From the IMG/VR virus record IMGVR_UViG_3300042519_001698: a stretch of DNA of 64,000 nucleotides; one strand, given 5' to 3'. A program made the translations under genes and the position numbers. This DNA is from a virus. Position 1 is the stretch's first letter. The number at the start of each line of letters is the position of its first letter. Shown here one piece after another: positions 20,348-28,879 of the stretch. The notes beneath the pieces are model-generated. The model worked only from the letters and a program-made list of their open reading frames with translations, was not told where the DNA came from and did no database searches.

Positions 20348-20668
20348 TTAGTTTAAACAAATTTTACCGAAACCTCGATAATCCACAAAGATGTTCTTTT
20401 CAGAATCAACAACTTCTTCTTCCAATTCATTAACCGACTTACTGACTATTGAAATTGCTTTCATTGTTTTTCTTAACAAATCAAATTGTTCTTTATTTAA
20501 CATAGGTTCTCCTAATTGTTCAAAGTTTTTTTGTGCAATTTCAATTAAGTGTTCATAGAACATTTCCTCATCAACTCCGTGTAGAAAATATTTTCTAGCT
20601 TCGTCATTTTTTTTAAGAAAATTTTTAACTGTTTGAAGATATGTTAATACTTCGGGAGATGAATCCAT
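20348..20668 (-). CDS. Hypothetical protein
   Basis: 106-aa ORF coupled to nusG (1-nt overlap). Confidence 0.7.
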   Translation of the reverse strand: MDSSPEVLTYLQTVKNFLKKNDEARKYFLHGVDEEMFYEHLIEIAQKNFEQLGEPMLNKEQFDLLRKTMKAISIVSKSVNELEEEVVDSEKNIFVDYRGFGKICLN

Positions 20669-21192
20669 TAATTTTTTTCAATTTGATTTAATGTTAATGA
20701 AACTGCGGTGTTTCGACCAAATATTTTAATTTCAATATCAATTTTATCTCCTTTAACTTCAGATATAATCCCATCAAAACTTGAGAATGGTCCTTCGATT
20801 ACTTTAATAGAATCACCCTTACTATATTTTAATTTTTTAGATTCAACGTGGTTCTCTAATATATCATCTTTTAATATTCTTCTAATATCTGATTCTCTTA
20901 GAAGGACTGGTGTTTTGTCACCTCTCATACCCATAATATTAGGTAAAGATGTTAGACTTTTTAGTTCATCAAGATTCAATTTAGTTGCCGTTTCAAAATA
21001 AAGATAACCACTATAAAGTACTTTATCTCTTAAAACTTTTTTATTCTTAAGTGAAACAAATTCTTTTTCTGTTGGACATATGAATCTATTAATGTTTTTG
21101 ATTTTCCCAAGTGAGATTTCTTTATTGAATTGTTCAGTTAGTGTTCTTTCTTTTCCGGGTAATACCTTTACCACGTACCAATTTGTTTCCAT
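20668..21192 (-). CDS. nusG: Transcription termination/antitermination factor NusG
   Basis: NGN domain WYVVKVLPGKE...YSGYLY and KOW domain GDSIKVIEGPFSSFDGII...IKIFGRNT.V.L. Confidence 0.92.
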   Translation of the reverse strand: METNWYVVKVLPGKERTLTEQFNKEISLGKIKNINRFICPTEKEFVSLKNKKVLRDKVLYSGYLYFETATKLNLDELKSLTSLPNIMGMRGDKTPVLLRESDIRRILKDDILENHVESKKLKYSKGDSIKVIEGPFSSFDGIISEVKGDKIDIEIKIFGRNTAVSLTLNQIEKN

Positions 21193-21210
21193 AAAATTTA
21201 AAAATAAATA

Positions 21211-22053
21211 TTAGTAATTCATAATGAGGAGTTCTGTACCCTCATTCTGAGTTCCGTCTTTTTTAGCTGCGGCCGCCTTTTTATATACCTTTTCTTTCCA
21301 AACATATTGTTCTTTAGGGAACCATTCGGAAAGTTGTGGAAAATCGTAATAAGATAATCCAAATTTACCTTGAACATTTTGTAAACACGTCGCAAGTCTT
21401 TGATGTGTTTCAACTGTGAAGATATGATTTGAATAATAGTTTTCTGTTTTATAATATGGTGGATCCATATAAAAATATGTGGTTGGTGAATCATACTTTT
21501 CAACAACCGTTTGAAAATCCATATTCTCAACAAATGTAATTCTATCTAAATGTTCTCTATATGATGGATGTTGTAATTTATCCATAAAGATTAGAACTTT
21601 ACAACGGTATTTTCCTTTGTAATCCATATATGAAGCCGTTTCAGGTTTAGACCCTGAAAATACTTGGGTTAATACGTAAACATACTTACAAGCAATTTCT
21701 AAACTATTCTCATCTGTGATAACTAAATTATCGTTGAATACCAATTGTTGGTATTCTTTAAACATAACAGCATATTCAGGTGGGGTGTCCTCAACTTTTA
21801 ATTGTTGACATGGATAGTGAGATAACGCTTCACGTAAAACGTCATATTGTTTCGCCCACTTCATAAGGTTCGCATTGAGACCATTGTAGTCATTATAGAC
21901 CACCGTTTTAAGATTAGGATAATTCTTTAAGTCCATATTAAAAAAGACCCAAAACATACCTGAAAATCCTTCCACGTAGGTTTCAATGTCATTTGGGATT
22001 TGAGGTGCAATCCACTTACCAATTCTCGCTTTACCGCCGATGTAACTTATCAT
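21211..22053 (-). CDS. DNA adenine methyltransferase (Dam/D12 class)
   Basis: YIGGK, YVEGFSG (motif I variant), VYND.N, YMDPPY; target sequence unknown. Confidence 0.9.
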   Translation of the reverse strand: MISYIGGKARIGKWIAPQIPNDIETYVEGFSGMFWVFFNMDLKNYPNLKTVVYNDYNGLNANLMKWAKQYDVLREALSHYPCQQLKVEDTPPEYAVMFKEYQQLVFNDNLVITDENSLEIACKYVYVLTQVFSGSKPETASYMDYKGKYRCKVLIFMDKLQHPSYREHLDRITFVENMDFQTVVEKYDSPTTYFYMDPPYYKTENYYSNHIFTVETHQRLATCLQNVQGKFGLSYYDFPQLSEWFPKEQYVWKEKVYKKAAAAKKDGTQNEGTELLIMNY

Positions 22054-22097
22054 TTCAATTTATATATTATGTACATTAAAAAATATAGAGAATAAAA

Positions 22098-22126
22098 TTG
22101 AAAAAGAGAAATAATTAGTATATATT
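22098..22126 (+). promoter_or_regulatory. Sigma70-like promoter
   Basis: TTGAAA-17 nt-TATATT, 5 nt before ATG 22132. Confidence 0.6.
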
Positions 22127-22131
22127 TTAAT

Positions 22132-22284
22132 ATGGGTTGTTCAAGTTGTAAAGAAAAAAGAGATATTAAAGAGGAACTTATCAAATCTAGTGAGTTTGTA
22201 AGTAAGGGTGTTATATGGTTTACCATCATATGGTCAATACTTGCAATATATGGTTTGGTAACTCTAATTTCTAAATTTATATGA
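22132..22284 (+). CDS. Small membrane protein with N-terminal CxxC (not in ORF track)
   Basis: Hand translation MGCSSCKEKRDIKEELIKSSEFVSKGVIWFTIIWSILAIYGLVTLISKFI (50 aa); its stop overlaps the next start (ATGA). Confidence 0.75.
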   Translation: MGCSSCKEKRDIKEELIKSSEFVSKGVIWFTIIWSILAIYGLVTLISKFI

Positions 22285-22919
22285 AAAATGGGAAATACTT
22301 TATAGTACTTTTCTGTAATAAGAAAAGAATTAAGGTCCTTTATAAATGTATGAAGAGAACCACTATAACCGAGTATTGGCACGAATTTAAAACTGAAAGA
22401 AGACCGGCATTTGTTAAGTTACAAGGTGGTAAAAGAAAACAAGAACAAATATTTGAACTTGCATTGGTATTTCCTAATAATAGATGGGCAACAAAAACTT
22501 GGGTTAAAGATAGTTTGGGTAGAAATCAGGAAGCTAAGATTGAAGACGATAAGTTTCGTATTAAGGAAATCATACCATATTGGAAAGAAGAGTTAATCTA
22601 TGATTTCCAAATCAAAAAAAGAATACGTTTCCATGAGATGATGGAAAAAATATCACCAATCAAAGAAATTGCTCAGGTGTTTATTTTAAACAACAAACTA
22701 TTTGTTCAAGTAGAAAATGACGTGAAACTTTATGGTAACAAAAATCGCGAAGATGCGAATAGATTATTTGAAATCGTTAGGGAGGAATTAATTAACAAAA
22801 AAAGAGGTAATTTTATTTTTGTTAAAGACATAACAACACACCAAAGAAAGTTGTTATATGATTTTTTAGTGAGTAAGGGATTTAATCGAAGAGAACTTTT
22901 TAGACATTATTCTTACTAA
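22281..22919 (+). CDS. Hypothetical protein
   Basis: 212-aa basic ORF coupled to the preceding small gene. Confidence 0.75.
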   Translation: MKNGKYFIVLFCNKKRIKVLYKCMKRTTITEYWHEFKTERRPAFVKLQGGKRKQEQIFELALVFPNNRWATKTWVKDSLGRNQEAKIEDDKFRIKEIIPYWKEELIYDFQIKKRIRFHEMMEKISPIKEIAQVFILNNKLFVQVENDVKLYGNKNREDANRLFEIVREELINKKRGNFIFVKDITTHQRKLLYDFLVSKGFNRRELFRHYSY

Positions 22920-23133
22920 AAACAAAATCCACCATACCAATTGTAATAGTGAATTTATCTTTAGGTCTTTCTATTTTACTTCCGTATTTTTTTTGAATTA
23001 TTTGATATACATTTTCAAACTCTTCCTTATTTAATTCTATTATTACGGTCGATGACATGTTATTAATATTGACATTTTCCAATAAATCAGAGATGATTGC
23101 CAATTGATTTAATACTTCACCTTTTTTTTCCAT
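22900..23133 (-). CDS. Hypothetical protein
   Basis: Start refined to ATG 23133; part of an overlapping gene series. Confidence 0.65.
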   Translation of the reverse strand: MEKKGEVLNQLAIISDLLENVNINNMSSTVIIELNKEEFENVYQIIQKKYGSKIERPKDKFTITIGMVDFVFSKNNV

Positions 23134-23311
23134 AACCAAAAATCTTCATTATTTTATCCATCAACGTAACCTTATTTTTTTTGAATAGTTCTTCTTTTTT
23201 TAACCCCTTGATTTCATTTATCATCTGGTTCTTGTGGTTCTGAACCTCCTTCTTGTCCTTCTCCATTTCCTTGTTCAATATCTCCAAGGCTTGGTGTATC
23301 CGTTTGTCCAT
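23117..23311 (-). CDS. Hypothetical coiled-coil protein
   Basis: 64 aa, ATG start, overlaps neighbours on both sides. Confidence 0.6.
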   Translation of the reverse strand: MDKRIHQALEILNKEMEKDKKEVQNHKNQMINEIKGLKKEELFKKNKVTLMDKIMKIFGYGKKR

Positions 23312-23672
23312 AGTTATCAGTTAAATTAATTTCTTTTAATCTCTCCAAGGTTTCTTTTCTAAATAAATTTTCTAATTCTTTTACTTTTTCTTGGAAGAGT
23401 TTATGTTTAGCCTCTTCTTCAATATTATACTTAAATATCTCACCGGCACATGCGAAAACAACATCATACCCTTCTTGGGTTGCATTGGTGATTAGAGAAA
23501 CAAGATTAAATTTATCATTTTTATCTTGTATTTTTAATGTAATTGTACGGTAAGGTTTTATTATTTCTTCATATCTCCAAGTTAATGGTAATTTAATATC
23601 TAAACTAACATTATTTTGCACTTCTCTTAGAGAATGGAAATGAGGTCTTAAAGATTTTATATTTTCAAACAC
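23214..23672 (-). CDS. Hypothetical protein
   Basis: 152 aa, GTG start 4 nt after the upstream stop. Confidence 0.7.
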   Translation of the reverse strand: MFENIKSLRPHFHSLREVQNNVSLDIKLPLTWRYEEIIKPYRTITLKIQDKNDKFNLVSLITNATQEGYDVVFACAGEIFKYNIEEEAKHKLFQEKVKELENLFRKETLERLKEINLTDNYGQTDTPSLGDIEQGNGEGQEGGSEPQEPDDK

Positions 23673-23676
23673 AGTA

Positions 23677-23856
23677 TTAAATTAAAAAGTAAGTTATGAA
23701 ATATGAAAGTGCAAGGTAAATGAATACTTTTTCAATTGGGGTCACTTCCATCGCTTCAGGATTTTCTTGAGGTAGTTTAATTGAAAACTCCACAACAAAT
23801 CTAAGAATGTAGATTATACTCAATACAAATAGAAAGAGTTTTATTTCGTTAATCAT
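23677..23856 (-). CDS. Small two-TM membrane protein (not in ORF track)
   Basis: Hand translation MINEIKLFLFVLSIIYILRFVVEFSIKLPQENPEAMEVTPIEKVFIYLALSYFITYFLI (59 aa). Confidence 0.7.
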   Translation of the reverse strand: MINEIKLFLFVLSIIYILRFVVEFSIKLPQENPEAMEVTPIEKVFIYLALSYFITYFLI

Positions 23857-24028
23857 GTTTTTTCATTTCTTCAAGTACCTCCTTACGATATGTAGCAATA
23901 AGGATTTTTATTTCTTGTGCAAACTTGCGAGCTCGAATAGATGCACTCCGATTTCCCTTATCGTAAACCTTTTGAGTGTCTACTGACATCTTCTCAACAA
24001 GATCTTTAATTTTTTTTAGGGTTTCCAT
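23849..24028 (-). CDS. Histone H1-like protein, Hc1 family (not in ORF track)
   Basis: Hand translation METLKKIKDLVEKMSVDTQKVYDKGNRSASIRARKFAQEIKILIATYRKEVLEEMKKHD; KGNRSASIRARK matches the Hc1 core KGNKAAGTRARK. Confidence 0.8.
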   Translation of the reverse strand: METLKKIKDLVEKMSVDTQKVYDKGNRSASIRARKFAQEIKILIATYRKEVLEEMKKHD

Positions 24029-24066
24029 AATATTCTTGTTTTTAATACGAATATACGGGAAAAAAT

Positions 24067-24522
24067 CTACATTTTCAAGTTTTGATTCAACAATTTGTAA
24101 ATTTCAGTTAGGATGTCTAACTCGGACCTAGTTTTTCGATGTTTGAAATTAAAAACCCTATAGAAATACTCCTTGATTCTCATAGGGTTACCATCAATTT
24201 TAGTGAAGTAATATGCTTCTAAGAAAAAATTCCAAAAATACTCCATGTGTTGTCCACTCTCCTTGAAGTATATCTTTTCCTTTTCAAAATTTTTGATTGT
24301 TTTGTTCCAACACCATATAAAGTGGTTGTGTTGTTCGGTTTCAGTTTTTAAAACATCTTCACCTAAGAAGGTTTCCTCAATCAAATCATGAAGGGACGCG
24401 AGGAAATCATAAAATAGTTGTGTCTTTTCGTGTGATATATTATACGCACGATACCATATATCTAATTGATGCTTGTAACTTTCTGATGAGACAAACTCTA
24501 AATAACTTTCTTTGTTTTCCAT
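24067..24522 (-). CDS. Hypothetical protein
   Basis: 151-aa aromatic-rich ORF. Confidence 0.75.
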   Translation of the reverse strand: MENKESYLEFVSSESYKHQLDIWYRAYNISHEKTQLFYDFLASLHDLIEETFLGEDVLKTETEQHNHFIWCWNKTIKNFEKEKIYFKESGQHMEYFWNFFLEAYYFTKIDGNPMRIKEYFYRVFNFKHRKTRSELDILTEIYKLLNQNLKM

Positions 24523-24569
24523 AACCTAATATGTTATAATATAAGGATAAAAGAAAATAAAAAAAAGAA

Positions 24570-26459
24570 TTACTGAGTTTTTTTATTGTATGAAGAAAGT
24601 TTTTTCATTTTGTTAAGTTCTTCCATTAGAACATTATTTAATGAAACTTTCGATTCGTTAGTTGGAACCGCTTCTTTCTTATAAAGAACTCTTTTCTTTT
24701 TATCTTCTTCTCTGTTTTTCATTTGTACCTCAAGTCCTTTAGCCGTTTCAGGTGTTGGGGTTGAATTACCATCTTTATCTTTAGAAACCTCACCAAGTTT
24801 TGAACCGTTGGTTGGTTTCACAGTTGTTTTTTCGGTTGTTGAGGCGTTACCCATAAGTTTATCACCTTCAATAGCCATTTTCAATCTTTTTTTGAATTTT
24901 TCGTCTGGTTCATTATCGTAATCTAAATTTTGTAATCCGGCGAAATTCTTAGCAACCTCTTCGTCTTGTTCTTTTGTATTTTTTCTTGCAACCTTCTCTC
25001 CTTTCCCTACTTGATGTGGGAATTCAGGTTTATCATTACCTTCAACATCAATGTGATTTTTATTCACATCTTTCATCATTGCATCAATTCCTTCTTTATT
25101 TTGTTTACCACTTTCTTTGTGTGCTTTCTTGTATGCATCTAAACCTGGTGTTGATTCATTAACCATTTTAGCAATTAATTGTGCTAATTCAGATTCAGTA
25201 ACTCTAATAGTTCTTTTCTTAGTTGATTCGTACATGTTACTACCACATTCATTACACATTCCTTCTTCATTCATCATACCACCACACTCATTACACATTC
25301 CTTTATTTTCGTTCACCTCATTTGATAAGTCAACATCTTCGTCTTCATCATCATCTTCAAAACCGTCTCCACCACCATCACGGAACATATCAAATAAATC
25401 ATATCCATAAGTGTCTTTAAGGTCGTCAATTAATTCTTCTTCGTCTTCATCGTCAATATCACCATTAGCCATTGCATCTTGGACAATGTGACTAATTACA
25501 TTATCCGCATATTCAAACTCATCAGAGAATGTTGTAGGGTCATGTTCTTTCAATGCTGCTCCATTATATTTTTCCCATATTGAGTATACATCTTCACCGT
25601 CTTTCTCAAATTCCTCGGCAACATCACCTTGTTGTTCGTCACCTTCTTTCTTCTTTTTCAACAACATTCTGAAATCGTTTGCACTGATTTTACCGTCATG
25701 GTCCGCATCTATTTTATCTTGGTCACCATGTAACTCTTCTTCCATACTGGCAGAACATTCTTGACATTCCTCTTCTTCGTTCTTTTGACCCTTTAAGATT
25801 TTGAAATCTTGTGCATCAATTTCACCATTATGATTTTTATCAAGTTTGTGTTGGTTTCCAACTAATTTTTCATTCATTTCAGTATTTTCCATGTTGTCTG
25901 TTTCTTTTTTCTTCTTTTTAAGTAAATGGGGTGCACATTCTTTTGCCAATTGAATAAGTATGTGTTTTACTTTATCACCACCACTATTATAATTCCATTC
26001 ATAATCTGATGAGTCAATTTTAAAATACATCTCATAATGTTCTTGGTCATCAATCTTACCTGAGTCAAGCCACCCATCAACTTTAGCTTTTACTTCTTCC
26101 ATTATCTCATCATAATATTCGAACGAATCTGATTGATTTGAAAACCATTCGTTCATTTCACCACTTTTCATATCGTCCGTTTCTTCTAATTGGTCATTCA
26201 TTTCATCAAGTTTATCTAACATATCATCTTGTGATTCGTAGACACTCTTTTCAATAATTAATTCACCTTTATGTTTTGCTTTATATTGAGGTAAGTTTTC
26301 TTCAGCCTCGGCTTCAGATTCAAAAGTAGCCAAAGGAATTCCTTCACATTTAATGTGATATACTTCTTTTTTATTTTCTTTAGATTCCTTTAATATTGTA
26401 CGTCTAACCTCTTCAGAGACCACGTTATCAATAATTTGGTTAATTTCACTTATCTTCAT
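24570..26459 (-). CDS. Acidic putative head-internal/scaffold protein with two EF-hand-like loops and a Cys4 motif
   Basis: Very Glu/Asp rich; DKNHNGEIDAQD and DADHDGKISAND loops; CNECGG..EGMCNECG; IRVTESELAQLIAKMVNE motif. Confidence 0.6.
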   Translation of the reverse strand: MKISEINQIIDNVVSEEVRRTILKESKENKKEVYHIKCEGIPLATFESEAEAEENLPQYKAKHKGELIIEKSVYESQDDMLDKLDEMNDQLEETDDMKSGEMNEWFSNQSDSFEYYDEIMEEVKAKVDGWLDSGKIDDQEHYEMYFKIDSSDYEWNYNSGGDKVKHILIQLAKECAPHLLKKKKKETDNMENTEMNEKLVGNQHKLDKNHNGEIDAQDFKILKGQKNEEEECQECSASMEEELHGDQDKIDADHDGKISANDFRMLLKKKKEGDEQQGDVAEEFEKDGEDVYSIWEKYNGAALKEHDPTTFSDEFEYADNVISHIVQDAMANGDIDDEDEEELIDDLKDTYGYDLFDMFRDGGGDGFEDDDEDEDVDLSNEVNENKGMCNECGGMMNEEGMCNECGSNMYESTKKRTIRVTESELAQLIAKMVNESTPGLDAYKKAHKESGKQNKEGIDAMMKDVNKNHIDVEGNDKPEFPHQVGKGEKVARKNTKEQDEEVAKNFAGLQNLDYDNEPDEKFKKRLKMAIEGDKLMGNASTTEKTTVKPTNGSKLGEVSKDKDGNSTPTPETAKGLEVQMKNREEDKKKRVLYKKEAVPTNESKVSLNNVLMEELNKMKKLSSYNKKTQ

Positions 26460-26461
26460 AA

Positions 26462-27265
26462 TTAAATAAATATCTTGTTAATCTCATTTAATACAATATT
26501 TTCCATATCACTATATGGGATTCCGTATTTTTTTGAGGTTTCTTTAATCGCTTCTTGTAATTCTTTGTCTTCGTGGATAAATTCTAACGCTCCAATTCCC
26601 TGATTACAATAAGGAAATTTCTTACATTTATCTTTAACCTTAACATAAACCGCCTTTGGTCCACCAAAACGTGGCCATTTTTTATCTTTAACCGCTCTAT
26701 TCTTATATATCGTTTCGGGACCACCCACCTTCAATGGATTTTTACGTCCTTTTGGTGATTTACCTAAAAAAGGTACGTCAAATTCACCTGAACTTCCAAT
26801 ACCATCTTCATTTAATTTTCTTTTAACCGTACCACCAAACAATGGACCTTCAGATGACCCCGATGAACCTGAATCCATTTCTTTGGTTTCAATCTTTTTT
26901 GAATAATTATAAGTTTTTGAAAGGTCAACAACCCATATCTTAGGATTAATACCATTTTTAATTAAGCCGGCCAATCTCGTGTTTCCACCTAATAAATCAT
27001 AATCGTTTTTACTAAATTTAACGGCCATCGGTATTTCTACCACACCATTTTCAAATGCCTCTTCAAATCTTTTTTTCTTATCTTCCTCTAAACTGTCGTA
27101 ATCTAAATTTATATTACTTAAAACATTTTCAATTGATTCAAAATTCTCTATTTCAAAATTATTTTGAGCAGCATCTAACCAACCTTTATATCCCATCTTC
27201 TCGAATTCACGATAACGAAGGGCTTCCATCCATTCATCCTTAAAATTTGGTTTTGTATACTTCAT
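26462..27265 (-). CDS. Protein with ParB/Srx-like N-terminal domain
   Basis: IPMAVKF....YDLLGGNTRL.GL resembles the ParB-like GxxR motif; C-terminal CKKFPYC. Confidence 0.5.
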   Translation of the reverse strand: MKYTKPNFKDEWMEALRYREFEKMGYKGWLDAAQNNFEIENFESIENVLSNINLDYDSLEEDKKKRFEEAFENGVVEIPMAVKFSKNDYDLLGGNTRLAGLIKNGINPKIWVVDLSKTYNYSKKIETKEMDSGSSGSSEGPLFGGTVKRKLNEDGIGSSGEFDVPFLGKSPKGRKNPLKVGGPETIYKNRAVKDKKWPRFGGPKAVYVKVKDKCKKFPYCNQGIGALEFIHEDKELQEAIKETSKKYGIPYSDMENIVLNEINKIFI

Positions 27266-27510
27266 TATCTTACGTTTTTAATTGCACTTTCCCAAAAACC
27301 CTTTCTTTGCCATAAGGTTTTGAATAGTTCAACAACAACTTTAGTGGATAGGTCAACGATTTTATCATCAATTTTTTTAGTTCCTAATTCATCTTGAATC
27401 ATCTTAACAACCATTTTAGTTGCTTGAGTGGAACTCATAAAATCTCTAATTTCCTTCTTTGCGATATTTTCAATATCCTTCTTATCTTGAGATGTAAGTG
27501 ATGATGCCAT
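27265..27510 (-). CDS. Hypothetical protein
   Basis: 81 aa, tightly packed. Confidence 0.7.
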   Translation of the reverse strand: MASSLTSQDKKDIENIAKKEIRDFMSSTQATKMVVKMIQDELGTKKIDDKIVDLSTKVVVELFKTLWQRKGFWESAIKNVR

Positions 27511-27512
27511 TA

Positions 27513-28040
27513 TTAATTATGATTTCTTTGTGTGATTATTGGTTCCAATTCCGTTTTATATGTCTCTTCAAACTTGGCTAATTTGGTTAGAATGTTAGCC
27601 ATATTCTGTTCCAATTTTAACATGTCAGCATTAATATATACACCCGCCTCTTCTCCTGCAATGAAAACAAAATCAATTTTCTCGTCACTTAATTTACCAT
27701 CTAATCTAATTTGATTTTGATTAATAGTCATTCCAGGTTCAAAATCGACCATTTGGGAAACTTGTTGTTTAAATGAATCAATCAATTTAGAAATTAATTC
27801 TTTTTGATCTTCTTGTAATTCCATGTCTCTTTCATCACTTGATAATAATTTAACGTCTACACCATTGATAACCGTAATGTCGTCTTTTACATTACCATCC
27901 ATATTGTGCATGTCTAAATCTTGACCATCAAGTCCTTCTTCGTTAATTGATTTTCTTTGTGATACCGATTCAGTTAAGGTTCTTATGGTTCTTAACATGT
28001 TTTTGGTCACATCATATTCATTTTTCATTTTCTTTTTCAT
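27513..28040 (-). CDS. Hypothetical protein (possible head-associated)
   Basis: 175 aa; TATTTATA at 28083-28090 upstream; alternative start 28028. Confidence 0.7.
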   Translation of the reverse strand: MKKKMKNEYDVTKNMLRTIRTLTESVSQRKSINEEGLDGQDLDMHNMDGNVKDDITVINGVDVKLLSSDERDMELQEDQKELISKLIDSFKQQVSQMVDFEPGMTINQNQIRLDGKLSDEKIDFVFIAGEEAGVYINADMLKLEQNMANILTKLAKFEETYKTELEPIITQRNHN

Positions 28041-28635
28041 TGTTAAAGAGAACCCTAAAATTAAAAGAAGGGTTTATATCTGTATAAATATTTGAAAAGT
28101 TAGATTTACATACAATTCCTTTAAAATTAGTTACATTTTCCATAAATCCCTGTGAAGGGACTATCTGTTTGTAGATATTATTGGTCTCACATATATGAGA
28201 ACACAGATTTGATAGAGAATTTAACTGTACGTCGTTGTACTTGTCCCAAAAATGATAATTTCTCCAAGTACGGATGTGGGGTTCTGCTCTGTATGGGTCG
28301 CCAATCCAATTATTAAGGACACCAGTGATGGTATTCTTATTTAACCACCCCAAGTTCTCAATTGCAATTTTAACCATCTTACGGTCAAGTTTGGGGTCGT
28401 AAAACGTATCGGAACTATAGTCAGTATCAAATAGTTGATAAACCATTCCAAGTTTGGATACAACAAAATGAGGAATATCAGAATATTCCCCGTTTTTACG
28501 ATGTTTAATTTTATTTATAAAATCGTCAACCCTTCTTTGGGTATCGTACAATAAAATTTGAGATTTCTTAGTTTTCCTTTTATGGATGTTCAGTTTACCC
28601 TTATCGATTGTTTCTATATCGTGTATTTCCAACAT
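28018..28635 (-). CDS. N-acetylmuramoyl-L-alanine amidase-like protein (Amidase_2 fold), apparently degenerate
   Basis: PHFVVSKLG.VYQLF, KIAIENLG, Q...L..L...I, GIV...N....TD.NP pattern; the expected Zn-ligand His positions read Tyr and Lys. Confidence 0.65.
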   Translation of the reverse strand: MLEIHDIETIDKGKLNIHKRKTKKSQILLYDTQRRVDDFINKIKHRKNGEYSDIPHFVVSKLGMVYQLFDTDYSSDTFYDPKLDRKMVKIAIENLGWLNKNTITGVLNNWIGDPYRAEPHIRTWRNYHFWDKYNDVQLNSLSNLCSHICETNNIYKQIVPSQGFMENVTNFKGIVCKSNFSNIYTDINPSFNFRVLFNNEKENEK

Positions 28636-28879
28636 TTTTTACTACAAATTTAGGAGATATAGGTGCGGGTAGTGTGGTTATTATTTCTTCTTCTGAAGTT
28701 GGTATAATTATTTTATTGTTTTCTAAATCATAAATCACTTGGTTCGGATTCACATCTTCTTTTTCCCAATATAAATCTTCTTTATAATCTGTTAATTCTG
28801 ATGTTGGGGTTGATGTATCTCCTATTGTTGACAAAACCGATTCCTCCTGCAATTTGAATGTTTGCGTTGGGGTTTCTAA
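28601..28879 (-). CDS. Open frame continuing the upstream membrane protein in the -1 frame
   Basis: Frame is open from the A10 run (28880-28889) to stop 28601 and has no ATG (only a TTG at 28852); acidic composition matches the upstream tail. Confidence 0.55.
   Translation of the reverse strand, partial: LETPTQTFKLQEESVLSTIGDTSTPTSELTDYKEDLYWEKEDVNPNQVIYDLENNKIIIPTSEEEIITTLPAPISPKFVVKNVGNTRYRNNR

Noticed and set aside
22050-22382. 110-aa minus-strand ORF
   Set aside because: Antisense to the promoter-supported + strand genes at 22132 and 22281, with no recognisable features
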